Shown here one piece after another: positions 43,003 through 52,271 of a stretch of 64,000 bases of DNA. The DNA lies in assembly GCA_964203045.1 (NCBI GenBank), contig CAXNKU010000005.1, positions 34,117 through 98,116 on the forward strand. Direction: 5' to 3'. The stretch comes from Gaiellales bacterium (GTDB lineage: Bacteria; Actinomycetota; Thermoleophilia; Gaiellales; F1-60-MAGs149). The notes under the pieces are model-generated. The model worked only from the letters and a program-made list of their open reading frames with translations. It was not told the DNA's origin and did no database searches. A program made the translations under genes and the position numbers. Position 1 is the stretch's first letter. Each line of letters starts with the position of its first letter.

Positions 43003-43117
43003 GGAACCCTCGGGTGATCTAGATCGGTAAATGGACTGCGCAGGGCGTGTCGCGAGACACTCTCCGAGCGCGGAAGCGCACGGTAGCAGAACCCTGAAAG
43101 CTGATGCGTCAGGCACA

Positions 43118-43897
43118 TTAGATCTCGGCGTCCACAATTGAGGTTCCTTGAGCCAAAGTGAGGACCCGCGGGCCGTCGTCGGTAATCGCCACCGTGTGCT
43201 CAAAATGGGCTGCAAGCGACTGATCTGTCGTAAAAATCGACCAACCGTCCTCAGCCACGACGATGTCGTACGCTCCGGCCGTGATCATTGGCTCAATCGC
43301 GAGTGTCATGCCCGTTTTAAGTTCGGGCCCCGTGCCAGCATCGCCGTAATTGCGCACCTGCGGGTCTTCGTGCATCGAACGACCAACACCATGCCCAACG
43401 AGGTCGCGCACCACGGCAAAGCCAGCCGCCTCCACCACGCCCTGCACGGCATGCCCAATGTCGCCGACACGCCCGCCAACCTGGCAGACCTCGACCGCCG
43501 CCGCGAGCGATGCCTGGCAGGTCCGGAGCAGCGCTTTGGTTGCCGCGGGCACCTCACCGATCATGATCGTCACGGCGGAATCGCCAACGAAGCCCTGGCG
43601 CGTCACACCGACGTCGATCGACAGAATGTCGCCCTCCACGAGCACAACCGCATCGCTCGGAATGCCGTGCACAATCATGTCGTTCGGCGAGGCACAGATC
43701 GAACCGGGAAAACCGTGATAGCCCTTGAACGTTGGCACACCACCGGCAGCGCGGATATGGCGTTCGGCGATCTCGTCCAGATCAAGTGTCGACATGCCCG
43801 GCCGCGCGCTCTCAGCGAGCAACCCAAGCGTCTCTGCGACGATCGCGCCAGCCGCCGCCATCCGGTCGAGGTCGTTGGGCGACTTGCGGTGAATCAC
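43118..43897 (-). CDS. map: type I methionine aminopeptidase
   Basis: 259 aa. ..HGIPS..DIGV..GHGVG..EPM.. metal-ligand pattern. Confidence 0.95.
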   Translation of the reverse strand: MIHRKSPNDLDRMAAAGAIVAETLGLLAESARPGMSTLDLDEIAERHIRAAGGVPTFKGYHGFPGSICASPNDMIVHGIPSDAVVLVEGDILSIDVGVTRQGFVGDSAVTIMIGEVPAATKALLRTCQASLAAAVEVCQVGGRVGDIGHAVQGVVEAAGFAVVRDLVGHGVGRSMHEDPQVRNYGDAGTGPELKTGMTLAIEPMITAGAYDIVVAEDGWSIFTTDQSLAAHFEHTVAITDDGPRVLTLAQGTSIVDAEI

Positions 43898-44547
43898 GCA
43901 GGCAGAGCCGCGTCGAGCCGTGCGGCGACGTCGTCGGTGGTACCCATGCCGTCGATCAGGACCTCGCGCACGCCGACCTGCTGGTAGTGCCCGCGAACGG
44001 GCAGCGTCTGCGCGAGGTAGACGTTGCGATAGCGATTGCGCACGACGTCGGCCTCATCGTCGGGGCGGCGCTCAAGCGGCAGCCCCTCGTCGTCATCGAC
44101 ACCTGGCACCTTCGGCGGGTCGTAGAGCTCGTGGTAGATGCGCCCGTTCTTGGCGACGAGACGGCCAGAGATGCGCCGCACGACCTCCTCCTCGGAGACA
44201 TCGAGCACGAGCACACAGTCGAGTGCTCGTCCACGCTCGACCAGCATCTCGTCAAGCGAGACGGCCTGTGGCACGGTGCGTGGAAATCCGTCGAGCAAGA
44301 ACCCACCCGCGGCATCCGGTTCGGCGATGCGCTCACCAAGCATCCGCACGACGAGATCGTCGGGGACGAGCTCGCCCGCATCCATGTAGCCCTTGGCTTC
44401 GATGCCGAGGGCCGTGTTGCCCTTGACGTGCGCGCGCAGCATGTCGCCGGTCGCGATGTGAGGCACCGCGAGCCGCGCAGCGAGACGTGGGGCTTGCGTG
44501 CCCTTGCCCGCTCCGGGCGGGCCGAAGATGAGATACGCGCCGGGCAC
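43894..44547 (-). CDS. adk: adenylate kinase
   Basis: 217 aa. P-loop GPPGAGKGTQ and ..ISTGDMLR..-type motif (HIATGDMLR). Confidence 0.95.
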   Translation of the reverse strand: MPGAYLIFGPPGAGKGTQAPRLAARLAVPHIATGDMLRAHVKGNTALGIEAKGYMDAGELVPDDLVVRMLGERIAEPDAAGGFLLDGFPRTVPQAVSLDEMLVERGRALDCVLVLDVSEEEVVRRISGRLVAKNGRIYHELYDPPKVPGVDDDEGLPLERRPDDEADVVRNRYRNVYLAQTLPVRGHYQQVGVREVLIDGMGTTDDVAARLDAALPA

Positions 44548-44549
44548 TG

Positions 44550-45824
44550 CTACTTCAGGAAGCCGTCGTAGTGGCGCATCATGACCTGCGATTCCATCTG
44601 CCGCATGGTGTCAAGCGCGACGCCAACGATGATCAGGATTGATGTACCACCGAGCGCCTGCCCCACGGCCTGCGAGAACCCACCGTACTTAATGAAGATC
44701 GTTGGCAGGACCGCGATCGAGCCGAGGAACAGCGAACCAGGCAACGTCAGGCGCGTCATCACGCGATCGAGGTACTGCGCCGTCGGTCGACCTGGCCGCA
44801 CGCCCGGGATGAAGCCGCCGTACTTCTTCAAGTTCTCGGCCTGCTCAACCGGGTTGAACTGCACGGCCGTGTAGAAGAACGAGAACATCACGATCAGCAG
44901 GAACTCGAAGATGATCGCAGCCCAACTTGACGGCTGGAACCAATCCGCGAGAAAGCTGAGCGACGGCACGAGCTGACCGATCGTCGGCGGCAGGAACATC
45001 ACCGCGACGGCAAAGATGACTGGGATCACGCCCGCCATGTTGACGCGCAGCGGCATATAGGTGGATCCGCCTTGGGTCATGCGGCGGCCAACCATGCGTT
45101 TGGCGTACTGGATCGGGATCCGGCGCTGCCCCTCGTTGACGTAGACGACCGCGACCACAACCGCGAGGATGATGATTGGCAAGGACAGCTTCTGGAAGGT
45201 CCCCGAGCTGGCCCAGGCCCGCACACCGACAGGCAGCGAGACGAGGATCGAGGCGAAGATCAGCAGTGATTGGCCGTTGCCGATACCGCGCTGCGTGATC
45301 AACTCGCCCATCCACATCAGAATGGTCGTACCCGCGGTCAGCGTCACGACGATCAGGATGAAGGAGCGTGGCGTGAGGCTCGTCAGCGAGTTTGAGCCGC
45401 CGATCACCGAGCCGTTGTGGAACAAAATCACGTAGCCGATCGACTGCAAGAAGGCCAGGATGACGGTGAGGTAGCGCGTGTACTGCGTGATGCGCTTCTG
45501 ACCGGCCTCGCCCTCTTTCTGCAACGCCTCCAATTGCGGGAGGACGACCGTCATCAACTGCATGATGATCGACGCCGTGATGTACGGCATGATGCCGAGC
45601 GCGAAGAACGAGAGGTTCTGTAGCGCCTGGCCCGAGAACATGTTCAGGTAGCCGAGAATCGTCGAACCGGCACCACCGCTAAAGAGATTCTGGATCTCAG
45701 CGGTGTTGACACCGGGCGTTGGCAGCCACGAACCCAAGCGGTAGAGCAACAGCATCGCCGCTGTAAACAAGAGGCGATTACGAAGCTCCGGAACCCGGAA
45801 CGAGTTGAGAACTGCGGTCAGCAT
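44550..45824 (-). CDS. secY: preprotein translocase subunit SecY
   Basis: 424 aa, 10 TM. ..FALGIMPYITASII.., ..GTSILI... Confidence 0.97.
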   Translation of the reverse strand: MLTAVLNSFRVPELRNRLLFTAAMLLLYRLGSWLPTPGVNTAEIQNLFSGGAGSTILGYLNMFSGQALQNLSFFALGIMPYITASIIMQLMTVVLPQLEALQKEGEAGQKRITQYTRYLTVILAFLQSIGYVILFHNGSVIGGSNSLTSLTPRSFILIVVTLTAGTTILMWMGELITQRGIGNGQSLLIFASILVSLPVGVRAWASSGTFQKLSLPIIILAVVVAVVYVNEGQRRIPIQYAKRMVGRRMTQGGSTYMPLRVNMAGVIPVIFAVAVMFLPPTIGQLVPSLSFLADWFQPSSWAAIIFEFLLIVMFSFFYTAVQFNPVEQAENLKKYGGFIPGVRPGRPTAQYLDRVMTRLTLPGSLFLGSIAVLPTIFIKYGGFSQAVGQALGGTSILIIVGVALDTMRQMESQVMMRHYDGFLK

Positions 45825-45833
45825 CCTCGCTGG

Positions 45834-46346
45834 CTACGCGTCAGATCCGTCCGCTGGGGCGCGCTCGATGACAGCAGCGGTACCGCCAGCAGCCTCGATC
45901 TTGGCCTTGGCAGAGGCGGAAAAACCGTGAGCATGGATCGTCAGAGCGTGCGTGATATCGCCCTCGCCCAAAACTTTCAGCGGATGCTTGATGCGACTCA
46001 GGAGTCCACAGGCAACCAACATCTCAGGCGTAACCACGGTGCCAGCCGGGAACTTCTCGGCCACATCACCGATGTTGACAATCTCGGTCTGCGTGCGGAA
46101 GGGACCCATCGGCATCGACTTCTTCATGTGCGGTCCGCGGAGCTTGCCGGTGCGCATGTAGAGCGGCATCTGCCCGCCCTCGAAGCCAGGCCGCATGCTG
46201 TGGGAGCCGGAACGCGATTTCTGACCCTTCTGGCCACGGCCAGAGGTCTTGCCCGTGCCGCTACCGTTGCCGCGACCGACGCGCTTGCGCGCCTTCGTGG
46301 AACCCGGTGCAGGGCTCAGATTGCTGAGTGTAATGAGTTCGGTCAT
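45834..46346 (-). CDS. rplO: 50S ribosomal protein L15
   Basis: 170 aa. ..[25 protein letters not shown]... Confidence 0.95.
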   Translation of the reverse strand: MTELITLSNLSPAPGSTKARKRVGRGNGSGTGKTSGRGQKGQKSRSGSHSMRPGFEGGQMPLYMRTGKLRGPHMKKSMPMGPFRTQTEIVNIGDVAEKFPAGTVVTPEMLVACGLLSRIKHPLKVLGEGDITHALTIHAHGFSASAKAKIEAAGGTAAVIERAPADGSDA

Positions 46347-46528
46347 TTGGCATCTACCTCTTCGACCTTCACAAGATACGACACCTGATGCAGCATGCCC
46401 TGCAACGACGCGGAGTCCGTATGGACGCGCGACATGCCAATGCGGCGCAGACCGAGCGCGCGCAACGTGCCGCGATGCTCCTGCTGAACGCCGATCGTCG
46501 ACTTAACTTGGGTGACCTTCAAGCTCAC
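46343..46528 (-). CDS. rpmD: 50S ribosomal protein L30
   Basis: 61 aa. [31 protein letters not shown]... Confidence 0.95.
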   Translation of the reverse strand: MSLKVTQVKSTIGVQQEHRGTLRALGLRRIGMSRVHTDSASLQGMLHQVSYLVKVEEVDAK

Positions 46529-47103
46529 GCCGATACCTCTTCCGATGCAGCAGCGACAACAGGCGCAGCATTCGTTTCGGGCTTCTTAGCGCGCTGCGGA
46601 AGGATCTCGTGCACCGACTTGCCACGCAGCGCCGCGACGTCTTCTGGACGACGAAGGCTACGCAGACCATTCTCGGCCGCACGGCAGAGATTGATCGGCG
46701 TCGACGTGCCCAGCGACTTAGCGAGCACATCCTTGATCCCAGCGAGCTCGAGCACTGCGCGCACGCCGGCACCGGCGATCACGCCCGTACCCTGCGAGGC
46801 AGGCTTGAGCAGCACGCGACCGGCGCCATAGACGCCTGTGATCTGGTGAGTGATTGTGGTGTGGTGGCGCGGCACCGTGAAGAGATTCTTCTTGGCATCC
46901 TCGATCGCCTTCTGGATCGCCATTGGCACCTCGTTCGCCTTACCATAGCCAACGCCGACCTGCTCGATCTCGTCCCCGACCACGACCAGCGCGGTGAAGG
47001 AGAAGCGGCGGCCACCCTTGACGACCTTAGCGACGCGATTGATCTCGACGACGCGCTCGTGGAGCTCTCGCCCGTGTGCATCCGTACCGACGCGACTTGC
47101 CAT
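46525..47103 (-). CDS. rpsE: 30S ribosomal protein S5
   Basis: 192 aa. ..[24 protein letters not shown]... Confidence 0.97.
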   Translation of the reverse strand: MASRVGTDAHGRELHERVVEINRVAKVVKGGRRFSFTALVVVGDEIEQVGVGYGKANEVPMAIQKAIEDAKKNLFTVPRHHTTITHQITGVYGAGRVLLKPASQGTGVIAGAGVRAVLELAGIKDVLAKSLGTSTPINLCRAAENGLRSLRRPEDVAALRGKSVHEILPQRAKKPETNAAPVVAAASEEVSA

Positions 47104-47450
47104 CAGAACTCGAGACCTCCCTCGCGCGCACCTTCGGCGAGCGCCTTGACACGACCGTGATAGAGAAACCCGCCGCGGTCGAAGACGACGTTGCTGATGC
47201 CTGCTGCCTTGGCGCGCTCAGCAATGAGTGCACCCGTGGCCTTGGCCTTGGCCGACTTATCGCCGTCCTTGAGTGTGCGCGAATCGGCGGCCGCGAGGGT
47301 GGTACCCGTCACGTCGTCGATCACCTGCACGTAGATATCGGAGTTGGACCGGAAGACGGCCAGGCGCGGACGCGCGGCGGTACCGGTAATCGTGCCGCGC
47401 ACCCGACGGTGGCGACGCTGTCGTGCTTGGACTGGAGTCATCTTGCTCAT
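47103..47450 (-). CDS. rplR: 50S ribosomal protein L18
   Basis: 115 aa. ..[46 protein letters not shown]. Confidence 0.97.
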   Translation of the reverse strand: MSKMTPVQARQRRHRRVRGTITGTAARPRLAVFRSNSDIYVQVIDDVTGTTLAAADSRTLKDGDKSAKAKATGALIAERAKAAGISNVVFDRGGFLYHGRVKALAEGAREGGLEF

Positions 47451-47465
47451 GTTGTATCCCGCACG

Positions 47466-47999
47466 CTATGCGCGCTTGCCGACCTTTCGGACCACGTGCT
47501 CGCCGACGTAACGAATGCCCTTGCCCTTGTAGGGCTCTGGCGGTCGGAGCTTTCGGATTTCCGCGGCGACTTGGCCGACGCGCTGCTTGTCGATGCCGCG
47601 CACGATGATCTGCGTGGGCTGCGGCACCTCGAACTCGATTCCCTCAGGCGCGATGTACTTGACGGCGTGCGAGTACCCGAGCGCGAGCTCGAGGTTCTTG
47701 CCCTGTGCCTGACAACGGTAGCCGACGCCCTGAATCTCGAGCTGCTTCTCGTACCCATTGGCAACACCCTCAACCATGTTGGCAACGAGGGAGCGCGTGA
47801 GTCCGTGGAGCGCACGGTGGTTCGGACGATCGGTCGGGCGCTCGATTGTGATGACACCCTCGTCGACAACGATCTTCATGTCGGCGTTGATGTTCTGCTC
47901 GAGCGTGCCCTTCGGGCCCGTCACGGTGACGCGCCCAGGGGCGACCTCAATCGTGACTCCGGATGGAACGTTGATGATGCGGCGGCCAATTCGACTCAT
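47466..47999 (-). CDS. rplF: 50S ribosomal protein L6
   Basis: Internal ATG (MSRIGRRIINVPSGVTIE..) of ORF 47466..48167. The upstream part of the ORF overlaps rpsH. Confidence 0.95.
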   Translation of the reverse strand: MSRIGRRIINVPSGVTIEVAPGRVTVTGPKGTLEQNINADMKIVVDEGVITIERPTDRPNHRALHGLTRSLVANMVEGVANGYEKQLEIQGVGYRCQAQGKNLELALGYSHAVKYIAPEGIEFEVPQPTQIIVRGIDKQRVGQVAAEIRKLRPPEPYKGKGIRYVGEHVVRKVGKRA

Positions 48000-48003
48000 G
48001 AGA

Positions 48004-48399
48004 TCACCAGATGAAGCACAGCACTTCGCCACCGACGCCGCGCTTAGCGGCCTCGGACGCGGTGCAGACGCCAGTAGAGGTGGACATGATGGCCGTTCCG
48101 AGGCCACCAAGGACGCGGGGCAACCGGTCCTTCGGCGCGTACATGCGGCGACCAGGCTTCGAAACACGCTTGAGGCCGTAGATCACGCGTTCACGGTTGC
48201 GGCCGTACTTCAGCTCGACCACGAGCAGTGGCTGCGGCTTCGCGGCCTCTTCGGACCACGAAACGATGTAGCCCTCCTCGAGGAGGATGCGGGCGATCTC
48301 GCGCTTGTTACGCGAGGACGGCATGATGACCTTGTCGTGCAGCGCCGTATTGGCGTTGCGGATGCGGGTCAGCATGTCTGCAATGGGATCGTTGACCAT
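48004..48399 (-). CDS. rpsH: 30S ribosomal protein S8
   Basis: 131 aa. [17 protein letters not shown]... Confidence 0.97.
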   Translation of the reverse strand: MVNDPIADMLTRIRNANTALHDKVIMPSSRNKREIARILLEEGYIVSWSEEAAKPQPLLVVELKYGRNRERVIYGLKRVSKPGRRMYAPKDRLPRVLGGLGTAIMSTSTGVCTASEAAKRGVGGEVLCFIW

Positions 48400-48403
48400 G
48401 GTG

Positions 48404-48589
48404 CTACCAGCTCGACTTTGTCATTCCGGGGATTACGCCCTCATGCGCAAGCTGCCGAAGGCAGATGCGGCACAGGCCGAACTTCTTGTAGACGGCACGC
48501 GGCCGGCCACACTTTTGGCAGCGCGAGTACGCGCGAACCTTGTACTTGGCCGGGCGAGCGGCCTTCATGCGCAGGGCAGTCTTTGCCAT
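48404..48589 (-). CDS. rpsN: 30S ribosomal protein S14, type Z (zinc-binding short form)
   Basis: 61 aa. ..[20 protein letters not shown].. CxxC..CxxC. Confidence 0.95.
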   Translation of the reverse strand: MAKTALRMKAARPAKYKVRAYSRCQKCGRPRAVYKKFGLCRICLRQLAHEGVIPGMTKSSW

Positions 48590-48597
48590 ATCCTGAC

Positions 48598-49161
48598 TCA
48601 GGCCTCTCGGAACGGCATGCCGAGTTCGCGAAGCAGTTCTCGTGCCTCGTCGTCGGTTGCCGCGGTCGTAGTGATGGTGATATCCATGCCACGGATCTGA
48701 TCGATCCGGTCGTAATCAATTTCCGGGAAGATGATCTGCTCCCGGATGCCGAGCGAGAAGTTGCCGCGACCGTCGAACGACTTGGGGCTGATGCCCCGGA
48801 AGTCGCGGATACGCGGAAGGGCGATCGCGATGAGGCGATCGTAGAACTCCCACATCGACTCGCCACGCAACGTGACTTTGCAGCCAATTGGCATACCTTC
48901 GCGCAACTTGAAGCCGGCGATCGACTTGCGGGCGATCGTCACGATCGGCTTCTGACCCGCGATCTGGGTCATCTGCGCGACTGCATGCTCAAGCGCCTTG
49001 GAGTCGGTCTTCGCGTCGGACACGCCCATGTTCAGCGTGATCTTCATCATCTTGGGTGCCTGCATCGAGGAGGTGTATTCGAACTTCTCGATCAGACGTG
49101 GCTTGATTTCGCGCTCGTAGCGCTCTTTCAGCCGAGGAATGTGTGTAGCAGTGTCGGTCAT
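48598..49161 (-). CDS. rplE: 50S ribosomal protein L5
   Basis: 187 aa. ..[34 protein letters not shown]... Confidence 0.97.
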   Translation of the reverse strand: MTDTATHIPRLKERYEREIKPRLIEKFEYTSSMQAPKMMKITLNMGVSDAKTDSKALEHAVAQMTQIAGQKPIVTIARKSIAGFKLREGMPIGCKVTLRGESMWEFYDRLIAIALPRIRDFRGISPKSFDGRGNFSLGIREQIIFPEIDYDRIDQIRGMDITITTTAATDDEARELLRELGMPFREA

Positions 49162-49499
49162 TTATCGATGTCGTTTCCGCACTTCTTGCAGACACGGACA
49201 TTACGTCCGTCGCCCACCTTTTTACCGATGCGTGTTGCCTTGTCACAGGACGGGCAGACGAGCATCACGTTCGAACGGCGCAGCGGTGCCTCTAGATCCA
49301 GCACGCCACCTGGCGCCATCTGCTGACCACCCGAACCCGGCACGGGGCGCGGCTTCGTGTGGCGCTTGGCAATGTTGCGACCTTCAACGATCACGCGGGC
49401 GGTTGCGGGGTCGGCAGCGAGCACCTTGCCGCGCTTGCCGCGATCCTTACCGGTCACGACCTCGATCGTGTCACCCGTCTTGATGCCGATGCTACTCAT
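49158..49499 (-). CDS. rplX: 50S ribosomal protein L24 (with CxxC...CxxC)
   Basis: 113 aa. KOW motif ..[18 protein letters not shown].. C-terminal ..[19 protein letters not shown]... Confidence 0.95.
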   Translation of the reverse strand: MSSIGIKTGDTIEVVTGKDRGKRGKVLAADPATARVIVEGRNIAKRHTKPRPVPGSGGQQMAPGGVLDLEAPLRRSNVMLVCPSCDKATRIGKKVGDGRNVRVCKKCGNDIDK

Positions 49500-49867
49500 C
49501 AGAGCACCTCCGGTGCCAGCGAGACAATGCGCATGAAGTTGCGCTCGCGCAGCTCACGTGCGACGGGTCCAAAGATACGCGTTCCACGCGGGTTGCCGGC
49601 GGGATCAATGATCACGGCAGCATTGTCGTCGAAGCGAATGTTCGTACCGTCATCACGGTGGTGCGCCTTCGTGGTGCGGACGACCACAGCGTGGACGACC
49701 TCACCCTTCTTGACGGCGCCATGCGGCGTTGCCTGCTTGACGGTGGCGATGATGATGTCCCCCACGCGTGCGTAACGACGGTGCGAACCGCCGCGAACAC
49801 GGATGCAGAGGATCTCGCGAGCACCGGTGTTATCGGCCACGCGGAGTCGGGATTCCTGCTGGATCAC
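49499..49867 (-). CDS. rplN: 50S ribosomal protein L14
   Basis: 122 aa. [24 protein letters not shown]... Confidence 0.97.
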   Translation of the reverse strand: MIQQESRLRVADNTGAREILCIRVRGGSHRRYARVGDIIIATVKQATPHGAVKKGEVVHAVVVRTTKAHHRDDGTNIRFDDNAAVIIDPAGNPRGTRIFGPVARELRERNFMRIVSLAPEVL

Positions 49868-50484
49868 TTGGCCACCTCAACGATCTCGATCAGGCGCCAA
49901 TGCTTCGTGCGCGACAGCGGGCGTGTCTCGACGACGCGAACCGTGTCGCCAATGTTGGCGGCATTCTTCTCGTCGTGCGCGTGCAACGTCATCGAGCGGC
50001 GCATGATCTTCTTGTACTTCGGGTGTGCCTTGAGGACGTCGACGCGAACCGTGATGGTCTGCTCCGACTTGTTCGACGTGACAACGCCACGACGCTCTCG
50101 GCGACGGCCCTCTTCGGTCTCCTCCGCAGGCGTGCGCACGTAGGCGCCGCCCTTGGACTCGCCGCGACGACGCTTGCGCGCCTCGGCCGACTTCTTGCGG
50201 AGCTCGGCGCGCTCGGCAGCCGTCGTGCGCACGCGGCGCGGACGGGGCGAGCGCGGACCGCGCTTCTTCTTCTCTTTGACAGGAGCAGCCTCTTCAGCAG
50301 GTGCCTCTTCAGCAACAGCCTCTTCAGCAGGTGCCTCTTCAGCAACAGCCTCAGGAGCAGCCTCTTCGGCAGCGGCCTCGGGAGCAGTCTCCTCGACAGG
50401 AGTCTCCTCGACGACAGCTTCCACAGGAGCGGCTTCCTCGACGGGAGTCTCCTCCACGTCTGGGGTCTCGTTCTCGTCGCTCAC
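49864..50484 (-). CDS. rpsQ: 30S ribosomal protein S17 with ~120-aa low-complexity N-terminal extension (start uncertain)
   Basis: The canonical S17 core (..[68 protein letters not shown]) occupies only the last ~80 aa of a 206-aa ORF. The ORF's GTG (50484) overlaps the rpmC stop (GTGA). Alternative internal GTGs lie at 50232 and 50139. Confidence 0.85.
   Translation of the reverse strand: MSDENETPDVEETPVEEAAPVEAVVEETPVEETAPEAAAEEAAPEAVAEEAPAEEAVAEEAPAEEAAPVKEKKKRGPRSPRPRRVRTTAAERAELRKKSAEARKRRRGESKGGAYVRTPAEETEEGRRRERRGVVTSNKSEQTITVRVDVLKAHPKYKKIMRRSMTLHAHDEKNAANIGDTVRVVETRPLSRTKHWRLIEIVEVAK
50287..50346. repeat. in-frame 30-bp tandem duplication inside the S17 extension
   Basis: agcctcttcagcaggtgcctcttcagcaac x2, encoding (V)AEEAPAEEA twice. 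Coordinates are approximate to within a few nt. Confidence 0.7.
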
Positions 50485-50690
50485 CGTGCTCCACCTTCCT
50501 GCTGTTCTGCCTGCTCACCCTGGATCGTCAGCAGCCGCGCGAGTTCGCGCTTGACCAACGTCAACTGGGACGTATTTTCGAGCGCTCCCGTGGCGTGCTG
50601 GAAGCGCAGATTGAACAGCTCTTGTCGAGCCTCCTGCATTCGCTTCGTGACGTCGTCAGGACTCAACTCTCGGATTTCCTTAGCCTTCAA
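50481..50690 (-). CDS. rpmC: 50S ribosomal protein L29
   Basis: TTG at 50690 preceded by GAGAGG, giving (M)[42 protein letters not shown]... The upstream part of track ORF 50481..50804 is the displaced C-terminal half of L16. Confidence 0.9.
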   Translation of the reverse strand: MKAKEIRELSPDDVTKRMQEARQELFNLRFQHATGALENTSQLTLVKRELARLLTIQGEQAEQQEGGAR

Positions 50691-50695
50691 AGAGA

Positions 50696-51109
50696 TCACC
50701 TCTCTCGAGTCACGAACGAGCAGCGTGATCGGCAATTTTTGGGCAGCGAGTCGGAGCGCGTCGCGCGCCAACGGCTCAGGCACACCAGCGAGCTCGAACA
50801 TCACGCGGCCGGGGCGCGACGACGGCGACCCAGAACTCCGGGCGAGCCCTTACCCGAACCCATGCGGGTCTCGGCAGGCTTCTTCGTGACGGGCTTGTCC
50901 GGGAAGATTGTGATCCAGACCTTGCCACCGCGCTTGATCTTGCGGGTCATGGCAATACGTGCAGCCTCGATCTGGCGGGCCGTGACCCAGCCCTCTTCCA
51001 TCGCCTTGAGACCGTACTCGCCGAAGTTGACGCGAGCGCCACCCTTCGTCTCACCGGTGCGGCGGCCGCGATGAACGCGACGATGCTTGACACGACGTGG
51101 CATCAACAT
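50696..51109 (-). pseudogene. rplP: 50S ribosomal protein L16 gene, reading frame broken three times as sequenced (probably sequence error)
   Basis: Frame A (ORF 50801..51109) reads [29 protein letters not shown], then nonsense and a stop. Conserved EFWVAVVAP lies in frame +1. [29 protein letters not shown] lies in frame +2. The canonical end FVTRER-TGA (50698-50696) is back in frame A. Confidence 0.85.
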
Positions 51110-52269
51110 CAGGAACCAGCCTCCTCGTCGGCAGGCGCCTCAGCGGCGGGTGCCTCGTCGGCGGGAGCCTCGTCGGCGGGAGCCTCTTCGGCAACAGCCT
51201 CGACGACGACCTCTTCGGCAACAGCCTCAGCGGGCGTCTCGACGACAGCCTCTTCAATGACAGCCTCGACTGCGGCCTCAGCGACAGGCGCCTCGTTGAC
51301 CGGAGTCTCGATGATCTCCTCGACGATGGTCTCTTCGACCACTGCGGGTGTCTCGGGCTTGGGACGTGCACGACGACCGGCCGGAACGGACGGACCGCTG
51401 AGACGCGGCTGGTTCGGTCCACCTGGACCACCAGCGCCACCACCGCCGCGTGGACGACGATCGCCGCCGCGGTCGTTGCGGTCGCCACCACCAGGACCAC
51501 CAGCGCCACCACCCGGCGCGCCACGACGACCCTTGGGCCGTGCAGGTCCGAGCTCTTCGATGGCACCCTTGGCGCCACCCTTGCGGCGTCGAGCGTCGAC
51601 CTCGCCGAGGCGCGTTGCGCCGACGTCAGCCGACTCGTAGCCCTCAGGCATGATCTCGCCCTTATTGATCCAGACCTTCACGCCAATGCGGCCGTAGGTC
51701 GTCTTGGCCTCAGCGAAGCCATAATCGATGTCGGCGCGCAGCGTCTGAAGCGGCACGCGACCCTCCGAGTACTGCTCGGTGCGCGACATTTCGCCGCCAC
51801 CAAGGCGGCCGCCGCACTTGATGCGGACACCCTGGGCGCCGGAACGCACAGCCGACTGCATCGAGCGCTTCATGGCGCGGCGGAAGGCCACACGATTCTG
51901 CAGCTGCTCTGCGACGGACTGCGCCATCAGGCGCGCGTCCAACTCGGGGCGCTTGATCTCGTTGATGTTGATCTGCACGGCACGACCGGTGATCGCATGC
52001 ACTTCCTTGCGGAGAGCGTCAACTTCGATACCAGACTTGCCGATCACGATGCCCGGACGGGCCGTGTAGATGTCGATCGTGATCTTCTGTGAGTCCTTGC
52101 GGATATGAATATCCGACAAGCCCGCATGGCTCAACTTGTTGTGAATGTGCTCGCGAATCTTGATGTCTTCGCCGAGATAACGAGCGAACTCGCGATCCGA
52201 GCACCAATTGGATTTCCAGTCGTGGATGATCCCGACGCGCAGGCCACCTGGATGTACTTTCTGGCCCAT
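51109..52269 (-). CDS. rpsC: 30S ribosomal protein S3 with ~160-aa Gly/Arg-rich then acidic C-terminal extension
   Basis: 386 aa. Canonical [24 protein letters not shown] and S3-C domains fill the first ~225 aa. Then comes [32 protein letters not shown], then a (E/A/V/P)-rich tail. The stop overlaps the rplP ATG by 1 nt. Confidence 0.93.
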   Translation of the reverse strand: MGQKVHPGGLRVGIIHDWKSNWCSDREFARYLGEDIKIREHIHNKLSHAGLSDIHIRKDSQKITIDIYTARPGIVIGKSGIEVDALRKEVHAITGRAVQININEIKRPELDARLMAQSVAEQLQNRVAFRRAMKRSMQSAVRSGAQGVRIKCGGRLGGGEMSRTEQYSEGRVPLQTLRADIDYGFAEAKTTYGRIGVKVWINKGEIMPEGYESADVGATRLGEVDARRRKGGAKGAIEELGPARPKGRRGAPGGGAGGPGGGDRNDRGGDRRPRGGGGAGGPGGPNQPRLSGPSVPAGRRARPKPETPAVVEETIVEEIIETPVNEAPVAEAAVEAVIEEAVVETPAEAVAEEVVVEAVAEEAPADEAPADEAPAAEAPADEEAGS

Positions 52270-52271
52270 GG

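Noticed and set aside
50481-50804. Natural L16-L29 fusion protein or programmed frameshifting in rplP.
   Set aside because: The apparent read-through exists only in a frame that lacks the L16 N-terminus. A canonical L16 end (FVTRER-TGA), a Shine-Dalgarno sequence and a TTG start for L29 are all present. No slippery heptamer or stimulatory structure is evident at the three shift sites, and rpsL shows an unrelated indel. Sequence error is the simpler explanation.
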